From contig OZ251219.1 in the NCBI GenBank assembly GCA_965240465.1, positions 1,504,001-1,568,000 of the forward strand: a stretch of DNA of 64,000 nucleotides. Direction: 5' to 3'. The DNA is from a bacterium. Its GTDB lineage: Bacteria > SAR324 > JACQKK01. This document shows, one piece after another, positions 30,320-40,032 of this stretch (within the stretch, counting starts at the first letter, position 1; each line of letters starts with the position of its first letter). The notes under the pieces were generated by a model. That model saw only the letters and a program-made list of their open reading frames with translations, made no database searches and was not told the DNA's origin. The translations under genes and the position numbers were made by a program.

Positions 30320-31777
30320 ATGGCAAAGAACATAACCCCACGCAATGAAAATTATAACCAGTGGTATTTGGATGTCATAAAAGCAGCACAATTGGCGGAT
30401 TATGCTCCAGTCAAAGGTTGTATGGTAATTAGACCCAATGGTTACGCCATTTGGGAATTGATGCAAGCTGAATTAAATGCTCGCTTTAAGGAAACAGGAC
30501 ATCAAAATGCTTATTTTCCCATGCTTATTCCAGAGCATTTTATCAAGAAAGAAGCCGAACATGTGGAAGGATTCTCTCCTGAATTAGCAGTGGTTACTCA
30601 TGCTGGAGGTAAGCCACTAGAGGAATCTCTGGCTATCCGACCTACCTCAGAAACAATGATCGGACATATGTACGCCCAGTGGATAAAGAGCTATCGGGAC
30701 CTTCCTTTGCTTATTAACCAGTGGTGCAATGTTGTGCGTTGGGAAATGCGTACTCGTCTCTTCCTGCGTACCTCAGAATTCCTATGGCAAGAAGGGCATA
30801 CCGCCCATGAAAATCATCAGGAAGCCGAAGCTGAAACCCTTAAGATTCTTGATATTTACAGGCAATTTTTCATCAATCATCTTGCCATGCCCGTGATAGC
30901 AGGCAAAAAAAGCGAAACTGAAAAATTCCCAGGGGCCTTGCATACCTACACCGTAGAAACCATGACCCAAGACCGAAAAGCCTTGCAAACGGGGACATCC
31001 CATAACCTAGGACAAAACTTCGCCCAAGCCTTCCAGATCAAATTCTTAGACAAAAACAACCAACTGCAATTAGTCCACACCACCAGCTGGGGAGTATCCA
31101 CTCGCATGATCGGCGGACTTATTATGACTCACAGTGATGACGACGGTTTAGTACTACCACCCAAGGTAGCTCCACTCCAAGTGGTCATTGTTCCGATTGC
31201 CAAAACCGAAGCCGAAATAAAAAAAGTCATGCCAATCGCAGAAAAAATCGCTGCCAACCTTCAGGAAAACTTTGAGCCACATCGCATCAAACTAGACCAA
31301 AATTTCGATGACCGACCCGCAGAACGCTTCTTCCACTGGATACAGCAAGGAGTACCACTAAGAATAGAAATAGGATCTCGCGACATCGCCCAAGAGCAAG
31401 CCATCCTGGTCAGGCGTGATAACAGAGAAAAAATTACGACCTCCTTTTCTTCTTTGACACAACAAGTCCAGCAAACCATGGAGAAAATCCAACTAAACCT
31501 GCTACAAAATGCCCAAAAATTTCAACATCAGCATTCATATCAGGTAGATTCCCTCCCCCAATTTCAACAGCAAATTGAACAAGGAGGATTCTGCTACGCT
31601 CACTGGGATAACACCACAAAATCCGAACAAAGGCTCAAATCCTTAGCTAAGGCTACTCTTCGCTACATCCCTTTTAAGCCTTCCGACCTGCCACCACATA
31701 TCAGCCCAGAACCCGGTAAATGCATTGTTAGCGGCCAGCCATCTAAGCAGCGAGTATTGTTTTCTCAGGCTTACTGA
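30320..31777 (+). CDS. proS: Proline-tRNA ligase, archaeal/eukaryote-like type
   Basis: HVEGFSPE, IRPTSET, QWCNVVRWE, EFLWQEGHT, terminal AY. Confidence 0.96.
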   Translation: MAKNITPRNENYNQWYLDVIKAAQLADYAPVKGCMVIRPNGYAIWELMQAELNARFKETGHQNAYFPMLIPEHFIKKEAEHVEGFSPELAVVTHAGGKPLEESLAIRPTSETMIGHMYAQWIKSYRDLPLLINQWCNVVRWEMRTRLFLRTSEFLWQEGHTAHENHQEAEAETLKILDIYRQFFINHLAMPVIAGKKSETEKFPGALHTYTVETMTQDRKALQTGTSHNLGQNFAQAFQIKFLDKNNQLQLVHTTSWGVSTRMIGGLIMTHSDDDGLVLPPKVAPLQVVIVPIAKTEAEIKKVMPIAEKIAANLQENFEPHRIKLDQNFDDRPAERFFHWIQQGVPLRIEIGSRDIAQEQAILVRRDNREKITTSFSSLTQQVQQTMEKIQLNLLQNAQKFQHQHSYQVDSLPQFQQQIEQGGFCYAHWDNTTKSEQRLKSLAKATLRYIPFKPSDLPPHISPEPGKCIVSGQPSKQRVLFSQAY

Positions 31778-31834
31778 GGTTAAATTATCACCGCCCCCGA
31801 TGGTGATAGGTTGAAAAAATTTGGGAGTATCAGT

Positions 31835-33100
31835 ATGGCACCTCAAGGTTATCGGGCTTTGGATGTAGAGGGGGTCAGGGCTTATGGTGCCGATGCCGAT
31901 GCGATTAGCAATATTTTGGGCGGGGATGCTCCCGACTGGCAAATAAGAGAGGTGGGAGATGGCAACTTAAACTTGGTCTTTGTGCTGAAAGGAACCAGCG
32001 GTGCTTGTGTGGTAAAGCAAGCCCTGCCATATATGCGAGTAATCGGGGAAAGCTGGCCTTTGTCGTTGGAGCGTAATCGGTTTGAGTATCATTGCTTGGT
32101 TCGCCATGCTCGCTGTGTGCCTACTCTAATTCCTAGTTTGTATCATCATGATGAGACGATGGCATTGATGGCTATGGAATATCTAACGCCGCATATCATC
32201 TTGCGGAAAGAATTAATCGCTGGACAGCAATTTCCACTGGTAGCAGAACATATGGCAGAATATATGTCCCAGACCTTGTTCAAAACATCTGACCTATATT
32301 TGAAGCCAGAAAAAAGGCGAAAAGATCTGCGTTTGTTCTCGGAAAACAACCAACTATGTGAAATTACCGAAAATGTGGTTTTCACTGACCCCTATCTTGA
32401 CTCTGAGATGAATCGTTGGACTAGTCCTCAGCTGGATAAGCTGGTAGCAGAGTTTCGGGCTGATAAAAAATTGAAGCAAGCCTCCCAAGAGTTAAAATTC
32501 AAATTTGCCACCGCGGCTGAATCTCTGTTGCATGGCGACCTACACTCAGGCTCTGTTATGGTCACCGAACAGGAAACTAAGGTGATTGATCCTGAATTCG
32601 CATTTTATGGTCCAATGGGTTTTGATGTGGGAGCCTTACAAGCTAATTGGTTGCTGGCTTATTTTTCTCAGCCTGGACACGAACAAAAAGCTCGGGAAAG
32701 GGAGCAGTACCAAAGTTGGATACTGCAACAAGTGCGGGATACATGGCGTCTGTTTGCCGAGAAATTTAGCAGGCTCTGGCAAGAGGAACGCTGTGGAACG
32801 GCATTTAGTCGCTCGCTGTTGAAACAGGATACTGAGGCACTAGATTGCTTCCTACAAAGGCTACACCAAGATGCGATTGGATTCGCTGGGGCTAAGATGG
32901 TGCGGCGTCTGATAGGAGTGGCACATGTAGAGGATATGGAAGCGATTGAAAACCCAGACCTACGTGCCAAATGTGAAGAAAAAGCCTTGCAGCTGGGTCG
33001 TCTGCTGATGCTGGAAAGAGCCAGCGACTTCCAAGAAGTCTGCCAGTTAGCCCAAAACTTAGAGAGGCGGGACTTGGGGAGGCGAGACTTGGGGGCTTGA
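31835..33100 (+). CDS. mtnK: S-methyl-5-thioribose kinase
   Basis: EVGDGNLNLVF, KQALPY, LLHGDLHSGS, IDPEFAFYGPMGFD, GVAHVED. Confidence 0.95.
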   Translation: MAPQGYRALDVEGVRAYGADADAISNILGGDAPDWQIREVGDGNLNLVFVLKGTSGACVVKQALPYMRVIGESWPLSLERNRFEYHCLVRHARCVPTLIPSLYHHDETMALMAMEYLTPHIILRKELIAGQQFPLVAEHMAEYMSQTLFKTSDLYLKPEKRRKDLRLFSENNQLCEITENVVFTDPYLDSEMNRWTSPQLDKLVAEFRADKKLKQASQELKFKFATAAESLLHGDLHSGSVMVTEQETKVIDPEFAFYGPMGFDVGALQANWLLAYFSQPGHEQKAREREQYQSWILQQVRDTWRLFAEKFSRLWQEERCGTAFSRSLLKQDTEALDCFLQRLHQDAIGFAGAKMVRRLIGVAHVEDMEAIENPDLRAKCEEKALQLGRLLMLERASDFQEVCQLAQNLERRDLGRRDLGA

Positions 33101-33207
33101 CTTGGGGGCTTGACTTGGGGGCTTGACTTGGGGGCTTGACTTGGAGAGGCGGGACTTGGGGGCTTGACTTGGGGGCTTGACTTGGAGAGGCGGGACTTGG
33201 GGGCTTT
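33061..33207. repeat. Composite tandem array of GACTTGGGGGCTT (13 bp) and GACTTGGAGAGGCGG (15 bp)
   Basis: Read directly; begins inside the mtnK 3' end. Confidence 0.95.
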
Positions 33208-33409
33208 CCAGTTAAGGAGGAACTTTCCCGTTAAGGATGCCTGCAACATCTGGCTTATTTGGCGGTGAGGATGCTAATACGTTCTGGATGAGAAGGTTGG
33301 GACTTGGGGGCTTTCCAGTTAAGGAGGAACTTTCCCGTTAAGGATGCCTGCAACATCTGGCTTATTTGGCGGTGAGGATGCTAATACGTTCTGGATGAGA
33401 AGGTTGGGA
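33192..33409. repeat. Perfect 107-bp tandem duplication
   Basis: 33192-33298 equals 33299-33405. Confidence 0.92.
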
Positions 33410-34609
33410 GTTGGGATCATCGGGGGGGGATGGAGCTGCGGGGGCTGGGGGGGCTGGGGAGGGAATTGCGAGGGCGGGGGTGGAGGGAATTGCGAAGGCG
33501 GGGGTGGAGGGAATTGCGAAGGCGGGGGTGGAGGGAATTGCGAAGGCGGGGGTGGGGGATTTTGATTGGACGGAATTATTAGGGGATTTGGATGTTGGGC
33601 GGGAAGTTCGTGGTTCTGCCAAGAGGTTTTTGAAAGCGATGTTGCGTTCGGTGAGGAAGTCGGTAAGTTGTTTGAGGACGAGGATATTGTCTTGAGGGAA
33701 TTTTCTACCACTGATTTCAAATTTTGCTGGTGAGGGCAGGGCTTTTAGGGCTATGAGCAGGGATTTTTCTTGGGTTTTCAGTTGCTGAGGGGTAAGTTGG
33801 CGAGCTGTTTGATGTTCCTTGATGACGGACTGAAACACGACTTTTAGGAGTGCCTCTTGTTTGAGCATGTCTTTTAGGAATAGGTGTTGGAGGAAGCGGA
33901 GGTACTCGGTGGCAGTATGTTGGGGGATGGCTAGCTTAATGGCTAGTGGTTCTCCAGTGCGGATACCCAGGATGATGAGGGGTAATTGTTCTCCTCCGAT
34001 CGCCGACGAGATGAATTGATGACTGCTATGAAGAAAGTGCAACAACGCGGTAAGAGGCTGAGTATTTAGGGGAGCGGGCGGTTCGGGGTAATAGCGGATT
34101 TCCAGTGTTTGGGTGTTTTTGGGGAGGGGGGGAGAAGCAGGAGATTCAAGGGCTTCCACCACGGTATTGGCGGTATTGAAGGCGGTCAGACAACGATTCC
34201 AAGTTTCTGAGATATGCTGAGCTTCCATTAGCAGCTGGATCGGCTGATGATGTACTTGATAGCGATGGGTTTCCCAGTTTTGCTGGAACAGAGTCTCTAG
34301 GCGTTCAGCGATGGCTTTCAGTTCACTGGGCTTTAAGATGATTGCCAATAATTCTTCTTCGGTTGAATGATAATCTTCCAGCCGAATTAGCAATCTGCGT
34401 ACGGTTTTAAGATGCTCTGGGATGGCATTGCAGAAGGCATCACTGAATAGGTACTTACTTAAATCGCTTTCTAGGGATTTGCTTGGATTAGGACCGGCGT
34501 ACTCGGGCAGATTTTTTAGAAACCGCACCCGCAATTCCTCATAGCAACGGAAGCCGTTATCCATCAACAGCACGAATTCTCGAAAGATTGTACTTAGTTC
34601 ATCTACCAT
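33362..34609 (-). CDS. Hypothetical protein with a Pro-rich repeat tail
   Basis: 415-aa ORF co-oriented with ndk; no recognised motif. Confidence 0.7.
   Translation of the reverse strand: MVDELSTIFREFVLLMDNGFRCYEELRVRFLKNLPEYAGPNPSKSLESDLSKYLFSDAFCNAIPEHLKTVRRLLIRLEDYHSTEEELLAIILKPSELKAIAERLETLFQQNWETHRYQVHHQPIQLLMEAQHISETWNRCLTAFNTANTVVEALESPASPPLPKNTQTLEIRYYPEPPAPLNTQPLTALLHFLHSSHQFISSAIGGEQLPLIILGIRTGEPLAIKLAIPQHTATEYLRFLQHLFLKDMLKQEALLKVVFQSVIKEHQTARQLTPQQLKTQEKSLLIALKALPSPAKFEISGRKFPQDNILVLKQLTDFLTERNIAFKNLLAEPRTSRPTSKSPNNSVQSKSPTPAFAIPSTPAFAIPSTPAFAIPSTPALAIPSPAPPAPAAPSPPDDPNSQPSHPERISILTAK
33458..33555. repeat. 24-bp coding tandem repeat, 4 copies (TPAFAIPS)
   Basis: GAGGGAATTGCGAAGGCGGGGGTG units. 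Confidence 0.93.
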
Positions 34610-34717
34610 TATTCTTCCCTGAGGCGATGTTATGAAAAAAACGATTTAATCCTAGCTTAAAAAGCACTGCCAGTAATAGTCCTGTGAACCCGACAAAATT
34701 AAGGAAGAGGTTCTAAT

Positions 34718-35137
34718 TTAGAGTAATTCTTGTTTCTCAAAGAAAAAGGCTATTTCTACTTGAGCTGTTTCTGGGGCATCAGAGCCATGAACGGTATTGA
34801 GCTCTATGCTGGTACCAAATCGCTTACGGATAGTCCCTTCTGCAGCTTCAGCGGGATCGGTAGCTCCCATCAATTCTCGGTTCTTACCAATGGCACGCTC
34901 TCCTTCCAACACCGATACCACAATCGCACCTGAAGACATATAAGTAGTGAGGCTGTCAAAAAAAGGTCTTCCTCGGTGCACCTCATAAAATCCTTGGGCT
35001 GCTTGCTTGCTAAGGCGATATTTCTTCAACGCCAGAATAGTCAATCCATTCTTCTCAAAATGGCTTAGTATCTCTCCCACCAGATTTCTTCGTACCCCAT
35101 CGGGCTTAATAATAGACAAGGTGCGTTCAAGGCTCAT
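34718..35137 (-). CDS. ndk: Nucleoside diphosphate kinase
   Basis: [27 protein letters not shown]. Confidence 0.97.
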   Translation of the reverse strand: MSLERTLSIIKPDGVRRNLVGEILSHFEKNGLTILALKKYRLSKQAAQGFYEVHRGRPFFDSLTTYMSSGAIVVSVLEGERAIGKNRELMGATDPAEAAEGTIRKRFGTSIELNTVHGSDAPETAQVEIAFFFEKQELL

Positions 35138-35233
35138 TTATCATCCTTTTTAATTAGCAAACAACAACTAGCTACAACTTACACCATCAACAGGGGGGCA
35201 TTCAAATATAAACCCCATCTTTCACCTGTTTTT

Positions 35234-35290
35234 ATGCATTGTATCATGCATTGTCTCATGCATTGTCTCATGCATTGTCTCATGCGTTGT
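35234..35290. repeat. 12-bp tandem repeat (ATGCATTGTCTC), about 5 copies
   Basis: Read directly. Confidence 0.93.
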
Positions 35291-35322
35291 TTTGCGCGAT
35301 CGCAAAGTTTCACCTATCCCTA

Positions 35323-36387
35323 TTAATTCAGTGACTTCTTAGCTGGTACTCCGAGTTCTTTCAGTTTCTCCACCCTTCCAATGAGATTACCCTTGCCCTG
35401 TGAGAGCTTACTGAGGGCATCTTCTTGAGCTGTAGAGGCTTTGCCAAGGGCATTTCCGATGTCTTTTATATCATCCACAAAACCCACGACCTTGTCATAG
35501 AGGGCACCTGCTTGACGGGCGATCTCTTGGGCATTGGTGTTTTGCCTTTCCACCCGCCAAATAGAAGCAGTTATCTGCAAACATGATAGCAAGGTAGTAG
35601 GAGAAACAGGTATCACTCGGAGTTTCCAAGCTCGCTCAGACAGATCTCTGTAAGTTTGCGTGGCCAACACTAATGAGCCATCGTTGGGCATAAACATGTA
35701 TACAAAATCGGGAGTACGCAACTTTGCTTGGGTGTAGTCTCGCTCGGACAAAGCTTTCACATGATTTAATACCGCCTCTGAGTGTTTCTGCTTAGCCACT
35801 TGGGCAGCTTGGGGGTCATTGTTGTTGAGTGCATCCTCATGTTCTGCATAATGCTTTAGCGATACCTTGGCATCTACCACCAAGCAACGATTCTCTGGCA
35901 GCAGCACTACGGCATCGGGCTTTAACAAACCTCCTTCCTCGCTCCTCAGCCCCAAGCCCTTTCCCTGCAGAACGTACTCCTCCCCTTCACGCAAACCCGA
36001 AGCCTCCAGTATTTTCTCTAATATCATTTCCCCCCAATGACCCTGAGATTTCACATCTCCTCGCATGGCCCGAGTTAAACTATCTGTACTGCTGGATAAA
36101 TTTTTGTGTATCCGTACAAATTGCTCCATCTGCCCCTTAAATTCAGCATTCTGGGTACGCACATCCCGATGAAAATCCTTAATGTTCTCTCTCAGAGGAT
36201 TAAGCAACACGCCTAAATGCGAATTCATTTCCTCAGCCTGCTTCTTGGTAGTAACCTCGGTTTGCTGTGCAAATTCTAGTTTTAGAGTTTCCTTTCGTCC
36301 CTTTTTTTCTCCCCATAAAAACCCCGCCAATAAACCAATCACCCCTGCCGATAGAAATAGAAAAATTGTTAAAAAAATTACACTCAT
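35323..36387 (-). CDS. rmuC: DNA recombination protein RmuC
   Basis: QGHWGEMILE, KPDAVV, VDAKVSL, DFVYMFMP, VSPTTL. Confidence 0.93.
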   Translation of the reverse strand: MSVIFLTIFLFLSAGVIGLLAGFLWGEKKGRKETLKLEFAQQTEVTTKKQAEEMNSHLGVLLNPLRENIKDFHRDVRTQNAEFKGQMEQFVRIHKNLSSSTDSLTRAMRGDVKSQGHWGEMILEKILEASGLREGEEYVLQGKGLGLRSEEGGLLKPDAVVLLPENRCLVVDAKVSLKHYAEHEDALNNNDPQAAQVAKQKHSEAVLNHVKALSERDYTQAKLRTPDFVYMFMPNDGSLVLATQTYRDLSERAWKLRVIPVSPTTLLSCLQITASIWRVERQNTNAQEIARQAGALYDKVVGFVDDIKDIGNALGKASTAQEDALSKLSQGKGNLIGRVEKLKELGVPAKKSLN

Positions 36388-36400
36388 TCAAATCCTTTCA

Positions 36401-36444
36401 AAAAAACCAGCATACAAAAAACCAGCATACAAAAAACCAGCATA
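36401..36444. repeat. 15-bp tandem repeat (AAAAAACCAGCATAC), 3 copies
   Basis: Read directly. Confidence 0.92.
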
Positions 36445-36644
36445 TTTGGATGAAAACACCCCATGCTATCAAACTAGAGCTAAATATAATACCCACAGTA
36501 ATATTGACAATCGGAGGGGGGTGGGGGGTGCAGATCAGCTATGAAGGTTAGCCTTGCAAAAAACCAATGAGAAGGTACGGTATCACTAGTGCTAGTAAGA
36601 GATATTTCGTACTGGTTTAGGCATAAATCATCTTAGCTATAAAC

Positions 36645-37595
36645 ATGTTTGAGGATATTAAGGAACATATGGACTCAGTAGAGCGGGAGTTATCTCGCGG
36701 GCTGGATTCTAGTACTCCATATTTGGACGAGATGGCAAACCACATAGTTGGTGCTGGAGGCAAGCGGGTACGTCCTGCGATGGCTATTTATGCGGCTTGG
36801 ATGTTTGGTGATATTAGCGAGAAGGTTTATCGGGCGGCCGCGGCCTTAGAGTACTTGCATACGGCAACATTACTACATGACGATGTGGTAGATGAGGCCG
36901 ATAAGCGTCGGGATCAGGATACCGCGCGGATATTATGGAGCAATGCATCTAGTGTTTTGGTGGGGGATTATCTGCTAGCATTTGCGTTTAAGAGTTTGAC
37001 AAAGTTAGGTGATAAGGAGGTTTTGGATTTAATATCGGAGACGACCATGTTGATGTCTCGCGGAGAGTTGTTGCAATTGGCGAGTAGTTGTATCACGGCT
37101 AGCGAGCATGATTACTTAGATATTATTCATTGCAAGACTGCCTGTTTATTTGGAGCTGCGGTTCAGATAGGCGGTATTTTGGGTGGTGCTGAGAAGGAGT
37201 TACATGGGAGTTTATATGAGTATGGTCATGGAGTAGGGATGGCATTTCAGATGGTGGATGATGCCTTAGACTACTCTAGGGTTAGGATTGGCAAGCCATT
37301 GGGAACGGATTTTCGTGAGGGTAAGATAACCATGCCTTTAAGTCGTTTGCTATTGGTAGCGAGTCCTGAAGAGAGATCCGAGTTGCAGCAGGCTTTGAGT
37401 GGTAGTGAGGTTGACGATGTGGTTATTAGTCGGGTGGTGGATTTAATGCAGAAGTACAAGATTGATGATTATACTCGCAGGATTGCTTTAGAGAGAGTTG
37501 AAAAGAGCTTGTCATTATTGGATAAGATGCCTAAAGGAGAGGCACGTGATTCTCTTATGCGTTTGGCTTGGTTTGTAGTGGAACGCCAGTATTAA
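36645..37595 (+). CDS. Polyprenyl diphosphate synthase (IspB-like)
   Basis: GGKRVRP, HDDVVD..RR, KTA, FQMVDDALD. Confidence 0.93.
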   Translation: MFEDIKEHMDSVERELSRGLDSSTPYLDEMANHIVGAGGKRVRPAMAIYAAWMFGDISEKVYRAAAALEYLHTATLLHDDVVDEADKRRDQDTARILWSNASSVLVGDYLLAFAFKSLTKLGDKEVLDLISETTMLMSRGELLQLASSCITASEHDYLDIIHCKTACLFGAAVQIGGILGGAEKELHGSLYEYGHGVGMAFQMVDDALDYSRVRIGKPLGTDFREGKITMPLSRLLLVASPEERSELQQALSGSEVDDVVISRVVDLMQKYKIDDYTRRIALERVEKSLSLLDKMPKGEARDSLMRLAWFVVERQY

Positions 37596-37612
37596 AGTAT
37601 GGATGACTAAGC

Positions 37613-38563
37613 ATGATAACTACGATTATATTGCCGTTGAATGTATTTTTAGCGGTAGTTTTATCATTGGCTGGGGGCAGATTTTTTAACGGGAGCAATT
37701 TGCTGAAGATTTCCTTAGTTGGCGGGGCGATTACGCCTTTGTTACTGGCTGGAGTGGCATATGTATTATCGCCAGATTTGGTGCAATTTATGGGAGTATT
37801 GCCTGGCAGTGCATCGTTGGTGAGTAGTCTACTGTTGTTTGCCAGCCTTGGAGTACTTGGTGGTTTTACACTAGGAAAGGGAGTACTGGTGGGGCTTGGT
37901 ATGCTGGCTGGTTGGGGGTTGTTTTTACTATTAGCGTTGTTATCTGCACCTGGGGTAGTTTTCACACATTTAGGCATCCGATTGATGTACCCTGCTTTCA
38001 ATAGTGGTCATCCTTGGTTGCTAGCGGTGCTGGCAATGTTGATGTTGTTACTTTTTATTACAAATAAACTGCATCTATGGCACAAATTGGCGATTGCTTT
38101 CACTGTTGTTTATCTGCTGGGGGGAGTTTCTTTTTATGCTTATACACGAAACAAAGCTGAGCTTACTCAAGGTCAGTTATTTCCTGCTTCCAGCTGGCCT
38201 AGAAATTGGTGGGTGGTTGAATCCAAAGATGAGGAGTGGAACATCAAACGCCTGAGGGTAGGTAAGGCACCACAGCCCATCGCTAGCTTGCCCCAGTGGA
38301 ACAATCAGCCAGAGCTTCTTTACTTACTTAGAGACCCAATTGTTGCTAATTTCTATTACGATGTATTCTTGCATCCTATCGCCAAGATCCAACAGAATGA
38401 AAATGGCCAGCTACTTACCATATCGGAGGCTCTTCCTGTAGCCAAAGAAAAATCTCAGTCTGTTTTTATCTTGGATGCTAACCAACGAGAACAATTTCGC
38501 ATCTACACCCTGCAAAAATTGCCGAAGAAAAACTCAAAAGAAAAATCAGAAGAAAAATCATGA
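37613..38563 (+). CDS. Hypothetical multi-pass membrane protein
   Basis: Several TM segments followed by a soluble C-terminal part; tight spacing with neighbours. Confidence 0.65.
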   Translation: MITTIILPLNVFLAVVLSLAGGRFFNGSNLLKISLVGGAITPLLLAGVAYVLSPDLVQFMGVLPGSASLVSSLLLFASLGVLGGFTLGKGVLVGLGMLAGWGLFLLLALLSAPGVVFTHLGIRLMYPAFNSGHPWLLAVLAMLMLLLFITNKLHLWHKLAIAFTVVYLLGGVSFYAYTRNKAELTQGQLFPASSWPRNWWVVESKDEEWNIKRLRVGKAPQPIASLPQWNNQPELLYLLRDPIVANFYYDVFLHPIAKIQQNENGQLLTISEALPVAKEKSQSVFILDANQREQFRIYTLQKLPKKNSKEKSEEKS

Positions 38564-39075
38564 GCAATTCTCAATATCCCAAGCCTTCCTCAAAAAATAT
38601 CCAAGCAGGTTTCTCGCTTGTACTTAAAGGACTTGGCATCACAACAAATATAGAACAAACCGCCCAGCAAACCACTCAAGCTTGGCTGGAACATCTTACC
38701 ACCGCTCTCCACCACCCACCACCAGCTATTTCTCTTATCTCTGCCTCGCCTAATCGGGGTATAATTCAGCTGAACCGAATTCCATTTCATTCTTTGTGTT
38801 CGCATCATTTACTGCCCTTTTTTGGATATGCCAAGGTTGAGTATATCCCTGATAAACACATATGCAGTATTTCTTCGCTCTCCAAAATTACACAGCATCT
38901 TGCTAAACAGCCAACCTTGCAAGAGCAACTCACTCTACAAATCTCCCAGCATCTACAACAAGTCCTCCAACCGAAAGCCCTTAAAATAAATCTTTCTGCT
39001 CGGCATCTTTGCCTACAGCTGCGAAATGGACATCCACACACCTTTTCAACTTCTCATACCCAAGGTCAGTGGTGA
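38560..39075 (+). CDS. Divergent GTP cyclohydrolase I (FolE-like)
   Basis: FHSLCSHHLLPFFG, YIP, LQEQLT, RHLC..LR. Confidence 0.75.
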   Translation: MSNSQYPKPSSKNIQAGFSLVLKGLGITTNIEQTAQQTTQAWLEHLTTALHHPPPAISLISASPNRGIIQLNRIPFHSLCSHHLLPFFGYAKVEYIPDKHICSISSLSKITQHLAKQPTLQEQLTLQISQHLQQVLQPKALKINLSARHLCLQLRNGHPHTFSTSHTQGQW

Positions 39076-39121
39076 CAAGACCACATTCTTCCCAAGAAAA
39101 TTATCTGGGCGACTTGAGCTA

Positions 39122-39847
39122 CTACCGATAAGCCTTGAGAGCTTTATTTTGCTTGAGGAAGTAGCCGACATCTCTACCATCGTAGGTTTTGGCGTTCATG
39201 TCTGCTCCAGCGTGAATGATTAGCGACATGATTTTTTGGCTTTCTCTTAGTGCTGCCACAAATAAGAGGGTGGTAAAGCCTTCTTGGCTACGAGCCTCTA
39301 GGTTTGCCCCTGCATCAATTAAGATTTTCAAAACATTAGTGCTATTGCCCCTTGCGGCAACTAAATGAAGAGGGGTAAGTCCGCCTGGAGCTATTGCTTC
39401 TAGGTTGGCACCATTACTTAAAAGAACCTTGGTAACACTTGAGAGACTATTTTCTGCTACCGCCCGATGCAATGGGGTGAGTCCTTCCTTGTCTAGGGCA
39501 TTGATTTTTGCTCCTTTTTTTAGAAGCACTGCCACCACCAGATGATTGTTCCGTTTGGCTGCCAAGTGAAGAGGAGTTGCACCACTTTCACTGCGAACCT
39601 CTGTTTTGGCACCAGCTTTTAGCAAGGTTATGATAACCTGAGGGTCGGAATTCTGCCATGCAGCCCAATGCAAGGGGGTTAAGCCAAATTCATCCCTTTC
39701 ATTGACGCTTTCTACTTTGCTTAGCAGCTCTGTAACTTTATCGGGAGTGGCAACCCTTATAAAGTCCACATTGCACAAGCTAGTACACTCTCCTCCCCAT
39801 ACGACAAAGGGAGGCAAACACAATAAAAATAAGAAGAACCAACGCAT
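39122..39847 (-). CDS. Secreted ankyrin-repeat protein
   Basis: Signal peptide and about 5 G.TPLH.AA repeats. Confidence 0.92.
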   Translation of the reverse strand: MRWFFLFLLCLPPFVVWGGECTSLCNVDFIRVATPDKVTELLSKVESVNERDEFGLTPLHWAAWQNSDPQVIITLLKAGAKTEVRSESGATPLHLAAKRNNHLVVAVLLKKGAKINALDKEGLTPLHRAVAENSLSSVTKVLLSNGANLEAIAPGGLTPLHLVAARGNSTNVLKILIDAGANLEARSQEGFTTLLFVAALRESQKIMSLIIHAGADMNAKTYDGRDVGYFLKQNKALKAYR

Positions 39848-39946
39848 TTAGTTCATCCAATTGCTCCAACCCCATGCAAAAACATCCCTTCATTATACCA
39901 CCATCTCCTCCATTGTGCAAGATGGCACTGCACAACCATAACACCC

Positions 39947-39987
39947 CCCACCCCCGATGGCACAAGCCCACCCACCCCCGATGGCAC
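39947..39987. repeat. Direct repeat CCCACCCCCGATGGCAC, 2 copies, period 24
   Basis: Read directly. Confidence 0.8.
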
Positions 39988-40032
39988 GCGGCCGTGCTTT
40001 AAATATGTTTTATTATTGTAGGAAATTATTTA

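Noticed and set aside
30320-31777. Eukaryote-like proS as evidence of horizontal transfer
   Set aside because: This type is widespread across bacteria.
32668-33720. ORFs 32668-33249, 33319-33720, 33344-33565 and 33411-33695
   Set aside because: They are shadow frames kept open by stop-free repeats and overlap better-supported genes.
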